From an uncultured virus (IMG/VR IMGVR_UViG_3300034066_001606) (lineage: Duplodnaviria > Heunggongvirae > Uroviricota > Caudoviricetes): 33,554 nt of DNA. A model generated the notes under the pieces. The model was not told where the DNA came from. It worked only from the letters and a program-made list of their open reading frames with translations, and searched no databases. Where the stretch lies: the IMG/VR virus record IMGVR_UViG_3300034066_001606; one strand, given 5' to 3'. This document shows positions 8,096-17,300 of this stretch, piece by piece. A program made the position numbers and the translations under genes. The first letter of the stretch is position 1; every line of letters starts with the position of its first letter.

Positions 8096-9509
8096 AAACG
8101 ATGAATTACTTGATAAATTTAATGAAGATTTTGTTACAGAATTATTCTGGTCTGCATTAAAGTTTAAGAACATAATGTCTATATTATGTGAAACTATAGC
8201 TGAAGGCTTTTTTCCTGAAGAAAGCCAAAAAAAGTTTTTTACTGAAATAAAAACACAATTTAAAATTGAAGGCAAGATGCCAACAATAGGCGGTTTAAAA
8301 TTGGTGTTTAGGAAGGATAGGCAAATGATGTTTTACATTGATACCATTAGGGAATTTGATGGTGAGTTTGTTACTGAGGATAGCATTGTAAACAGCATAG
8401 AAAAATTTGTAAGGCAAAGTAAGTTCATGGCATTGTTTAACAATGTTAGTGATGAATATAGTAAGGGCAAAAAGAAACAAGCGTTTAATAATTTTATAAA
8501 GGGTGCTGAGGAATTGGCAAACTTTACACTTACAGAAGGAGTGTTTGAAAATGTGTTTGAAAACTTCTACAACAGACATGCAGTAAGGATAGTGGAAAGG
8601 GATAGCGGTAAGATGGACAAACTTAAATTTGGTATTGATGAGCTTGATTATAAAAGTGGTGGCATGGAACGTGGAGACCTTGTTTGTTTGTTAGCACAAG
8701 CCAAAGGCGGTAAGAGTTTTGCATTGACACATGTCGGTTTACATACTTCTCGTATGGGGGGTGGTGTACTACATTTTCAGCTAGAGGGAACCAAAAAGCA
8801 ATGCATGAATAGGTACGATAGTGCATGGACAGGAACAAAGTATTCTGAAATAAAAGAAGCAAACATTACCGAAGAAAAGTTTAACCAAATAAACAAATAC
8901 CTTAAGAACCACATGGGTGAAGTTAGCGTTTATGCTCCTGAGCAATTTAATGTGTTTACAATGGTAGAAGTGAAAAGGCAAGTTGCTGAAATTAAAAAGA
9001 AAAGGCAAATAGATTTAGTGATAATAGATTACCTAGATTTGCTTAATCCAGATAGCCATGTTTATTCACCAAAGGATGAAAGGTTTAGACAGCAGAAGAC
9101 AGCACAAATGATGAAGCAACTTGCAATGGAAGAAAATGTTGTGGTGTTAACAGCGACACAAGCAAGTAACATACCTTATGAATTAAGCAATAGTCCTGAA
9201 TTTGTTATTACTAGGGATTACCTAGCTGAGGACAAGGGTAAGGTACGTCCAGTAGATATGTTGATATCAATTAACAGAACTAAGTTTGAGGAAAAGAATG
9301 GTATATGTAGGTTGTATGCGGAAGCAATGAGGGAGAGTGGAAGTTGGGGCAATGAGCCAATTTACATAAGGCAAAGTTTAGCATATAGCAAATTTTACAA
9401 TAGGAAGAAAACAATGGACAATCCAGTTACTTTAGAAGAGTACGATATTGAAAACGACGAAGATAGGGAAAAGCCTAAAAACAAAAAGGTTAATCAAAAT
9501 GTAAAGTAA
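8088..9509 (+). CDS. dnaB: Replicative DNA helicase (DnaB/gp41-like)
   Basis: FGIDELD...GG..RGDL, Walker A AQAKGGKS, QLE, Walker B IIDYLDLL, LAME.NVVVLTATQ. Confidence 0.92.
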   Translation: MAKNDELLDKFNEDFVTELFWSALKFKNIMSILCETIAEGFFPEESQKKFFTEIKTQFKIEGKMPTIGGLKLVFRKDRQMMFYIDTIREFDGEFVTEDSIVNSIEKFVRQSKFMALFNNVSDEYSKGKKKQAFNNFIKGAEELANFTLTEGVFENVFENFYNRHAVRIVERDSGKMDKLKFGIDELDYKSGGMERGDLVCLLAQAKGGKSFALTHVGLHTSRMGGGVLHFQLEGTKKQCMNRYDSAWTGTKYSEIKEANITEEKFNQINKYLKNHMGEVSVYAPEQFNVFTMVEVKRQVAEIKKKRQIDLVIIDYLDLLNPDSHVYSPKDERFRQQKTAQMMKQLAMEENVVVLTATQASNIPYELSNSPEFVITRDYLAEDKGKVRPVDMLISINRTKFEEKNGICRLYAEAMRESGSWGNEPIYIRQSLAYSKFYNRKKTMDNPVTLEEYDIENDEDREKPKNKKVNQNVK

Positions 9510-10471
9510 TGTCAAAGATTCCTGAAGTTGCAATATTAAAATCTTTGCTAGTTAAGCCTAAAATGGCTACTAGAATGAACTTCAAAGCTGATTGTCCTTA
9601 TTGTGGTAAAGAGGGACATTTTTATATAAATTACACAAATGGCAAAAACGATTGTAAGAAATGTGGTACTGAAGGAAACATAATTACATTCCTAAATGCA
9701 GTTAGTAGGCTTGACCTAATTGACGATAACGATATAGATATAAGGGTTGATAAACTAGCTAGACTTACAGATGGTGAGGAAATGGTTGCTGATGAACTTA
9801 TTATGGAAATACCAACTATTAAAATGCCTATATGTAGCGAAGCGGTACATTATGGTGATAATAGTATTTTTGATAAATATTTAAGGAAAAGAAAATTTAA
9901 GCAAATAGATTACCAATTGTACGAACCAATGTTTAACAATGTAGTTGATAGGCTTAAAGATTACGTTATAATAAAAGTTTTGCGTGATTATCTATGCAAG
10001 GGTTATGTTGCTAGGTACGTTGCTGAAAACAAAGATGCAATGAGGTACATTAATAGTACTTCGGAATTTAGTAAGCTATTATTTGGTTACGATGAAATTA
10101 GCAATAAAACAGAAGTGTTGGTGTTAACAGAGGGAGTATTTGACAAAATAGGTGTTACTACCGAATTTGAGCTACATTTAGACGACCAAATGAAATGTTT
10201 GTGTACGTTTGGTAAAAAAGTAAGCGAAGCGCAAATTAGACTAATTAAAAAGACAAATGTAAAAAAGATAATACTATTACACGATGGTAGGGATGCTATA
10301 AATGAAATGAAGAAAAATTCATTTAAGCTAAAGGAGCATGGGTTTAAAGTTGAAGTTGGATACATGCCAGATAAAGACCCTGCAGATAGTACACAACAAG
10401 AATTAATAGATGTATTTAGTAATTTGCTTACTCCAGAGGAATTTTGGTTAAACAAATTGCAAATTAGATAA
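9509..10471 (+). CDS. dnaG: DNA primase (Zn-binding domain plus TOPRIM)
   Basis: CPYC..H..CKKC...GN zinc finger, YLRKR, TOPRIM TEGVFD and LLHDGRDA, KDPAD. Follows the helicase. Confidence 0.9.
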   Translation: MSKIPEVAILKSLLVKPKMATRMNFKADCPYCGKEGHFYINYTNGKNDCKKCGTEGNIITFLNAVSRLDLIDDNDIDIRVDKLARLTDGEEMVADELIMEIPTIKMPICSEAVHYGDNSIFDKYLRKRKFKQIDYQLYEPMFNNVVDRLKDYVIIKVLRDYLCKGYVARYVAENKDAMRYINSTSEFSKLLFGYDEISNKTEVLVLTEGVFDKIGVTTEFELHLDDQMKCLCTFGKKVSEAQIRLIKKTNVKKIILLHDGRDAINEMKKNSFKLKEHGFKVEVGYMPDKDPADSTQQELIDVFSNLLTPEEFWLNKLQIR

Positions 10472-10473
10472 AA

Positions 10474-10932
10474 ATGAAAAAACAGAATTTAAGCACATTG
10501 CAATATTTAGATAAGTTAAATATTGAATGGTGGGTTAACAACTTCCGAAAAAAAATTTACCCTAAGATTAAAGATAAGGAATACTACAAAAGGGTTTGTG
10601 AGTTAAAGAAGAACAGGATTATTGAAATAAGCCAAAGAAATAACATTGACTGCATATTTGACAATGAAGAAAAGATGAGATTGTTGAATAATAAGTTCAA
10701 AGTTGATGGAGGTATACCATTATTTGAGGGTTTAAACAACTTAGATTTGGTAAATTACTACTATCCAAATAGTGATTGTAGGGTGTTTTTAGGTAATAGT
10801 GAAGGGAAACCAATATTTTTATTGGGTAAAATTAAAAATTTCTTTAAAGATTTAAATTCCGTAGAAGTCTTACTAGAAGGAGATTCTGATCCAAAAACCT
10901 TTTTAATTAATAAGGTTGCAAGGATACTTTAA
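10474..10932 (+). CDS. Hypothetical protein
   Basis: 152-aa ORF packed directly after the primase. The C-terminal ~50 aa have an SH3-like beta pattern. Confidence 0.65.
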   Translation: MKKQNLSTLQYLDKLNIEWWVNNFRKKIYPKIKDKEYYKRVCELKKNRIIEISQRNNIDCIFDNEEKMRLLNNKFKVDGGIPLFEGLNNLDLVNYYYPNSDCRVFLGNSEGKPIFLLGKIKNFFKDLNSVEVLLEGDSDPKTFLINKVARIL

Positions 10933-10954
10933 CAATCCATTAACAAATAAACTC

Positions 10955-10985
10955 TTGGATAATCTACATTCGCGTTGTACATTTG
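10955..10985 (+). promoter_or_regulatory. Bacteroidota-type housekeeping sigma promoter (-33/-7)
   Basis: TTG at 10955-10957, 20-nt spacer, TACATTTG at 10978-10985 (TAnnTTTG). Intergenic and followed by an A-rich leader. Confidence 0.8.
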
Positions 10986-11035
10986 TATTGTAATTAACAA
11001 ACAAACAAAATTAAAAACTAATAAAAAAACGCAAA

Positions 11036-11338
11036 ATGAAAAACGCAACAAAAACACCAAGCATGACAGCAACTAAAAAAACAACTAAAGCGGTTGCACC
11101 AATTGTAAACAAACCATGGAGTGTAAACGGACGCACTGGATACCATGCAAAACTAAGAGGTTTTAAAGAGGGTGACATGGTTAACATTGAAGTTAATGGC
11201 AAAAAAGTTAAAGCCACATTTAAAACATTTAAAGTTTCACCAACTAGATACCCTGAGGGTAAAGTGGTTGTAATTTACAAAGGTAAAAACCTTAAAAGAA
11301 TTGCTAGTGGTGTTACCAAAATTGCAGTAACAGCGTAA
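11036..11338 (+). CDS. Small, highly basic hypothetical protein (likely early, nucleic-acid binding)
   Basis: 100 aa, very Lys-rich, with FKEGDMVNIEVNGKKVKATF SH3/KOW-like pattern. Has its own promoter and terminator. Confidence 0.7.
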   Translation: MKNATKTPSMTATKKTTKAVAPIVNKPWSVNGRTGYHAKLRGFKEGDMVNIEVNGKKVKATFKTFKVSPTRYPEGKVVVIYKGKNLKRIASGVTKIAVTA

Positions 11339-11341
11339 TAC

Positions 11342-11376
11342 TAAGGGGGGGTGTGAAAACCTCCCTTAACTTTTTT
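11342..11376 (+). terminator. Rho-independent terminator
   Basis: TAAGGGGGG...CCTCCCTTA stem followed by acTTTTTT. Confidence 0.7.
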
Positions 11377-11397
11377 AAAAACCGATAAAAAATTAAA

Positions 11398-12000
11398 ATG
11401 AAAGAAGTTACAAAACTTGAAAAGCTTTTCCTAAAGTACAGACCAATGTGCAAAAAGTATGCAATGAAGGTGTTCAATTATGAGAGGTATGGCTACGAGT
11501 TTCAGGATATAGTGCAAGAAATGGAGGAAAAGATTTACACAGCACTAATAACCTACGGAGAAACTTATGGTGAGTACCTTAAAACTGGAAAGTATAAGCC
11601 AATACAGCTTGAACCATACTTAAAGGCATGTATGGGTAATAAAGTAAAAGACTACATTAAAAAGTTTAACGAAGAAAGCGTTGAAAATGTGGACAAAATA
11701 AGCATATACACAAATACCTTTGATGTTGGTGAATATAATACAATGCTAAGTAATTTAGACTTTAGCAACAATACATACGTTATAAACGATGTTGACTTAT
11801 GTAGCGGTTTGGAAAGCAAAAGCAGAATGGCATTTATACTATTTTTAAAGGGGTTTAACAAGCGGGAGATAAAAAAAATATGCAAGGGGGTTGATGTTAC
11901 CAATGTAATTTCAAACCAAATAAATTTTATAAAAACAAAGAAAAAAGATATTTTAGATAGTTACAGAACTAAATTTATTTATCAAAACATTGAAGAATAA
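11398..12000 (+). CDS. RNA polymerase sigma factor-like protein (ECF-size)
   Basis: Region 2-like LFLKYRPMCKKYA..FQDIVQE..YLKACMGNKVKDYIKK and region 4-like SRMAFILFLKGFNKREI. Confidence 0.7.
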   Translation: MKEVTKLEKLFLKYRPMCKKYAMKVFNYERYGYEFQDIVQEMEEKIYTALITYGETYGEYLKTGKYKPIQLEPYLKACMGNKVKDYIKKFNEESVENVDKISIYTNTFDVGEYNTMLSNLDFSNNTYVINDVDLCSGLESKSRMAFILFLKGFNKREIKKICKGVDVTNVISNQINFIKTKKKDILDSYRTKFIYQNIEE

Positions 12001-12007
12001 AAATTTA

Positions 12008-12015
12008 GATTGTTA
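12008..12015 (+). promoter_or_regulatory. GAWWGTTA motif (candidate phage promoter)
   Basis: TTTAGATTGTTACAA differs by one base from TTTAGATAGTTACAA at 5160-5174. A further copy lies at 11956-11963. Confidence 0.5.
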
Positions 12016-12064
12016 CAATCATTATAAAGAACAATTTTATTAATTAAAAAACAAAATAAACAAC

Positions 12065-13120
12065 ATGGCAAAGAAAACGCCGATTGACGGCAAAACAGCA
12101 AAACGATTAGCTTCATTAGGCATTGAGGCTGAAACAATGGAGGGCGCAAAAACCGAAATTTTGCAAAAATTAAAGGATGCAGACTACGAGGGGTTTGATG
12201 ATGAACCACTTGATGCATTGATTGATATTTACGAGGCAACCTCAGAACCAGAAGAGGTAGCACCAAAAACGGCAACTAAGCCAAAAACGACAACCAAGTC
12301 TAAAGCACAGCCTGAACCAGAAGAAGAGGAAGAAGAAGAGGAAGAAGTAGTTGCACCAAAACCAAAGGCTACGACTAAACCTAAAGCAAAATCACAGCCA
12401 GAAGAAGAGGAAGAAGAAGTAGAGTTGGCTCAGGAAGTGGCTAGTAAAAAACCATTGAAAAGTGTACCGAAGGCTACTACCGAAAAGAAAGCCAAGAACA
12501 GCAATGCGTTTGACAAGGGCAATGCAGAACATGTAAGCATGGTAACAAAGCTTTTACAGAAAGTGTTCCCTAAAGCTGAGTACGCAATTAATGCGATTAC
12601 CTCAGGTGTGAGTGTACGTTTAATGGGTGACAATGTAAAGATTGTGCTTATTAAGTACAACAACATTACATTTGATGGTAAAAACTTCATTGGTGATGTA
12701 AACTTTAAAAAGATTACAAATGTTGAAGAACTGGAGGGTTTAATGCCTGACGACTTTAGCGAAAAAACCGTTGAAAAAGTTGAAGCCAGAGGTTATTGTA
12801 AGGTATGTGATGTAAGCGGTACTGAATTGGTTGAAATGTTTAGCGATGAAGCCTTGTTTGATGCAATTACCAAAAAGGGTAAAAGCATTGACACTAAAAT
12901 GGGTAAGAATCGTGAAAAGCTTTCTGAAAGTTTAGCTAGTACTACTAAGCCAAAGCCGAAACCTAAAGCACAGCCTGAACCAGAAGAAGAGGAAGAGGAA
13001 GAAGTTGAGGAAGTGGTTGCACCAAAGCCAAAGCCTAAAACTAAGCCAAAGCCACAGCCTGAACCAGAAGAAGAGGAAGAAGAAGTGGTTGCACCAAAGC
13101 CAAAAGCTAAGAAGAAGTAA
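12065..13120 (+). CDS. Hypothetical protein with repeated Lys/Pro-rich and poly-Glu blocks around a folded core
   Basis: Four (KP)n-QPE(PE)EEEEE-V(VAPK) units. The globular core spans about aa 145-285. Confidence 0.8.
   Translation: MAKKTPIDGKTAKRLASLGIEAETMEGAKTEILQKLKDADYEGFDDEPLDALIDIYEATSEPEEVAPKTATKPKTTTKSKAQPEPEEEEEEEEEVVAPKPKATTKPKAKSQPEEEEEEVELAQEVASKKPLKSVPKATTEKKAKNSNAFDKGNAEHVSMVTKLLQKVFPKAEYAINAITSGVSVRLMGDNVKIVLIKYNNITFDGKNFIGDVNFKKITNVEELEGLMPDDFSEKTVEKVEARGYCKVCDVSGTELVEMFSDEALFDAITKKGKSIDTKMGKNREKLSESLASTTKPKPKPKAQPEPEEEEEEEVEEVVAPKPKPKTKPKPQPEPEEEEEEVVAPKPKAKKK
12300..13100 (+). repeat. Intragenic direct repeats
   Basis: CTAAAGCACAGCCTGAACCAGAAGAAGAGGAAGA is identical at 12300-12333 and 12963-12996. 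Related copies lie near 12393 and 13053. Confidence 0.9.
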
Positions 13121-13140
13121 GCAATTACTTTAAAATGTAA

Positions 13141-13171
13141 AAAGCCATGCAATTATTGTGTGGCTTTTTTT
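13141..13171 (+). terminator. Rho-independent terminator
   Basis: AAGCCATGCAA-tta-TTGTGTGGCTT stem (two G-U pairs) ending in T7. Confidence 0.8.
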
Positions 13172-13184
13172 ATGAAAGTTAATA
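13165..13184 (+). promoter_or_regulatory. 20-nt element containing GAAAGTTA, identical to 20831-20850
   Basis: TTTTTTTATGAAAGTTAATA occurs in both places, 14-16 nt before the next ATG. Confidence 0.6.
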
Positions 13185-13198
13185 TTAAAAATAAAGCA

Positions 13199-14389
13199 AT
13201 GGGAAATATAATAGACATGCAGTTAGGCACATTACTAGCTGAAACAAATTTTAGCGAAAGCTATTTAGATTTGCACAACAACATTTCAAATTATGGTGAA
13301 GTGCAGGATAGTAGAAATGGTAGTACAATTGAAGTTTTGAATTTCAAAACGATTTTAAATAACCCAAATTACAGATGTGTTGGTGGTAACAATAGAAATG
13401 TTAACATTTTCTTTTTGATAGCTGAAGCAATTTGGATATGGTGTGGTAAAAGCGATGTAGCATTCCTAAATATTTTCAATAGCCAAATGAAGCAATTTAG
13501 CGACGATGGAGAAGTATTCCATGCACCTTATGGGTTTAGGTTGAGAAGTTATAATTTAACAAGCAATGACTACAGCAACGAATGTATAGACCAACTAAAG
13601 GAAAGCATTATAATGTTGGAAAACAATAGCATGGATAGAAGGGTTGTTTGTTCTATTTGGAACCCAAATTTGGATTTAAACAAAGTAAGTAAGGATTTAC
13701 CTTGTAACGACATGTTGATGTTCAAAATTAGGAAAGGTAAATTACATTCTACAATACAAAATAGAAGCAATGATTTACATTTAGGGTTGCCAACTAATAT
13801 TTTCCAATTTAGTTTTATTGGAAACATAATAGCAAACATACTAGGTGTTGAAGTGGGTACACAAGTACACAATAGTCAAAGCTTACATATATACAATGAT
13901 GGTGCTTTTAATTCAGTTGCCAATAAGTTGAATGACGATAGCAATTTGAATAAATGCAGATTGTATGAAATAGCAAAGCCTTTTGAAATTGATTTTGGTT
14001 TTGAACAAAACATGATGACAGCAACTGAAAAACTTGATTTGGTTGATTATTACTTTAATAATGTTATTCAGAAGATTAACCAATTGAATAATGGTGAAAG
14101 TCCTAAGCCTATTTTTATTAAAGAGGATATTAAATTTCTGTACGAATTGCTTTCAATTTATGTTTCATTCAAAAACGACAAGGATGAATACAGATATTTT
14201 GAAGCAATTGCCAGACTTTTGAAAATGGATTTTAGAAATGAAAAATACTTGCAAAGCGATTTGTATTTGTTGTCATTGAATTTTATATACAATTTAGCAA
14301 AATTGAAACCAAATTTTAATGAAGTGGTTTATGCAATTAACAATAGTAAATTACCAACTGAATTCAAAAATGCAATTGGAAAGTTATAG
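13199..14389 (+). CDS. Thymidylate synthase-family protein, probable dUMP hydroxymethylase
   Basis: FSDDG..APYGFRLR, DRRVVCSIWNP, KDLPCN (catalytic Cys), RSNDLHLGLPTN, SLHIY, long C-terminal extension. The track start at 13160 lies inside the terminator, so ATG 13199 is preferred. Confidence 0.8.
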   Translation: MGNIIDMQLGTLLAETNFSESYLDLHNNISNYGEVQDSRNGSTIEVLNFKTILNNPNYRCVGGNNRNVNIFFLIAEAIWIWCGKSDVAFLNIFNSQMKQFSDDGEVFHAPYGFRLRSYNLTSNDYSNECIDQLKESIIMLENNSMDRRVVCSIWNPNLDLNKVSKDLPCNDMLMFKIRKGKLHSTIQNRSNDLHLGLPTNIFQFSFIGNIIANILGVEVGTQVHNSQSLHIYNDGAFNSVANKLNDDSNLNKCRLYEIAKPFEIDFGFEQNMMTATEKLDLVDYYFNNVIQKINQLNNGESPKPIFIKEDIKFLYELLSIYVSFKNDKDEYRYFEAIARLLKMDFRNEKYLQSDLYLLSLNFIYNLAKLKPNFNEVVYAINNSKLPTEFKNAIGKL

Positions 14390-14394
14390 TACAC

Positions 14395-17300
14395 ATGCAA
14401 GTAAAACTAGAAAAATGGTGTGCTGATAATTTTTTGTCTTTAAACATTATAAAGGAAAACTTCTTATTTGATATTGGTAATATTGGTAAGAAGTTTTTAC
14501 TTTTATCTGAAAAGAAGAAATTGTTTATAGGTGATTTACAGCTAGTACTTGATGAAGATGAACTATTTGTAATAGAAGAAAACGAGCCAGACTTCTTTGC
14601 GTTTGAATTTGGTGGCTCATTTTACTACAGCAAGTTAGTTGAAAAAGAAAATGATTTTGGTGAAATATATTTCAAAATACAATTTAACGATTTAAAGTAT
14701 ATTGGTGTTTCCAACTTTACCAATTACAGCGAGTTTCCATACTTACATGTACATACTGAATATGAGCTTATGAATGGTAGCCATAAAGCGAAAGATTGGT
14801 GTAAGAAAGCTAAATTTATGCAGTATGCTTCAGTAGCATTGGCTGATAAAAATACGTTGGCTGGAACGCTGTCTATGCAAATGGCATGTAAGGATAACAA
14901 CATAAAATCTATATTGGGTGCTACATATACGATAGCAGTAGATTATGTTGAAGGTATGGCTGAATTACCACAAACTTACGAAATGACATTCTATGTTAAA
15001 AACGAACAAGGGTGGAATAATATATTGCTAATTAATAAGTTTGTGAATGTGGTGTACGATGGGTTTATTCCAGAAGAAATATTACTACAGCATGGTAATG
15101 GTTTGATTGGTGTTATTGCAACTAAACATAGGTTCAATTGGGTTAAGGATGTTGCAACTAGTATTTCTACCATAAACTTATTTGCCGAAGCGTTTGACTC
15201 CTTATTTTACCAAATAGATAGCAATGAGCAGTACGATGACAAGCTAGATATTAAAAATTTAGAAAACATTAAGTATTACCTACAAAATTGCTACAGCATT
15301 TTAGAACCATTGCTAGTAAATGACACATACTATTTGGATAGGGAAATGTACCCACTAAAGGAAATGCTGAATAATGTTAGTAAGAAAGCGCAAACCTACA
15401 GCGAAGACCAATTTTTAAAGTCAAATATTGAAATTGAACAGCAACTTAGACCAATGTTTAATAATTACAATTTTGACGAGTTTTATAGCAATTGTGTTAA
15501 CAATGCAATGTATATACATAGTGAATGTAATTTTAGTATTGCTACTGGAACTCACAAGTTACCAAAGTATAAGTTTTCAGAAAACTACGATAACAATGAA
15601 GATTTGTTTTTTGACTTAATACAAAAAGGTATTGACAAAAAATTGTACTATGTTAAGACAGATGCTGAAATGGAAGTTTATTTACAAAGGATAGAAAAGG
15701 AAGCCAAATTAATAGTTGGTGCTGGATTTACTGATTATTTTTTAATTCTATGGGATATACTAAAATGGTCTAGAGAAAATGGTATAATGGTAGGCACTGG
15801 AAGAGGTAGTATAGGCGGTTGTTTATTGGCTTATTTAATTGATATTATTGATGTTGACCCTGTGAAATATGATTTACTTTTTGAAAGGTTTTTAAATGAA
15901 ACTAGGGTAAGCGGTGAGAGGGCAAAACAAGCAGATAGTTTACCTGATATCGATGTGGATGTAGCTAGTAACAGAAGGGATGATGTAAAGAATTACATTA
16001 AGGAAAGGTTTGGTAAGTTCCACACATGTAGTATAGGTACTTTTGGTAGATTAAAACTGAAGGGTGCAATAAAGGATTTTGCTAGGGTTAAGGGTTTAAG
16101 CTTTGACAAAGTGAATGCAATTACTAAAAGCATTGACGATGAAATTGAATATACGTTTGAAGATTTTGTTGGGTATGCAACTAAGAGTAAGGAGTTGTAT
16201 AATTTTTTCCAAGAATACCCTGATGTTATTAAGCTTACTAAATATTGTTTGGGACAAGCTAAGACAGCTAGTATTCATGCTTCGGCGGTTGTTATTGTTC
16301 CAGAATTTGATGCCAATGGTAAACAGATGGACATATTTAATTGGATGCCTATTAGGAATGTTGGTGGGGTATTAATAAGCGAATGGGAAGGGAAGTACAT
16401 TGACAAAGCTGGGTTTCTAAAGGAAGACATACTAGGTTTGAGCCAACTAGATAAGTTTAAATTTTCATTGGATTTAATTAGGAAAAATTACAACAAAAAA
16501 ATAGATTTAAACAAAATAGACTTTGCTCAGAAAGGTGTATTTAAAATGTTTAAGGATGGTGAAACGGAAGATGTGTTTCAGTTTGGTAGCGTTGGCTTGA
16601 AAAAGTATTCACACATGGCAAAGCCTGATACTATAGAGGATTTAACAGCAATGACAAGCCTATACAGACCTGGACCGATGGATAGTAATGCTCATATAGA
16701 TTTTGCCAATATTAAAGCTGGAAAGAAAGAAGCACATTATGATTTTGGTTTAAGGGAAGTTACTGAAAACACATTTGGGTTGCTAGTTTACCAAGAACAG
16801 ATTATGAAAAGTGTGGTTGTATTAGGTGGGTTTAGTTTGGTTGAGTCAGACCTTATGAGAACGGTTATGAAGAAAAAGGATGTTGTAACATTGAATTCCT
16901 ATAAGGAAAAGTTTATAGATGGTGCAACTAGTAGAGGTTGTGAACCAAAGGAAGCTGAAAAGATATGGCTGAAGTTGTTAGCGTTTTCAGCTTATGGGTT
17001 TAACAGAAGCCATGCATTAGCTTATAGTTTAATAAGCTATCAAAGCCAATGGTTGAAATACAATTACCCACTTGAATTTTGGACAAGTAGTTTAAACTTT
17101 GCTGATGAAAAAACAATATCAAACAAGGTTGCTGAATTAAACAAATTAAAGCAAGGTATATCTCTTGTTCCGCCAGATATAAATTACAGCGATTTAAGTT
17201 TCACTTGCAATGTAGAATTTAAGGAAATATATTGGAGTTTAAGTCAAATAAAAAATTTAGGTGAAGCGGTTGTAAGAAACATAATTGATGAAAGGGATAA

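Noticed and set aside
12300..13100. Repeats as a CRISPR array
   Set aside because: They are in-frame coding repeats with irregular spacing, and there are no cas genes.
13160..13198. ORF-track starts at 13160, 5880, 24830 and 26828
   Set aside because: They lie inside a terminator or deep in upstream genes. Downstream ATGs (13199, 5913, 24854, 26879) fit gene packing and leaders better.
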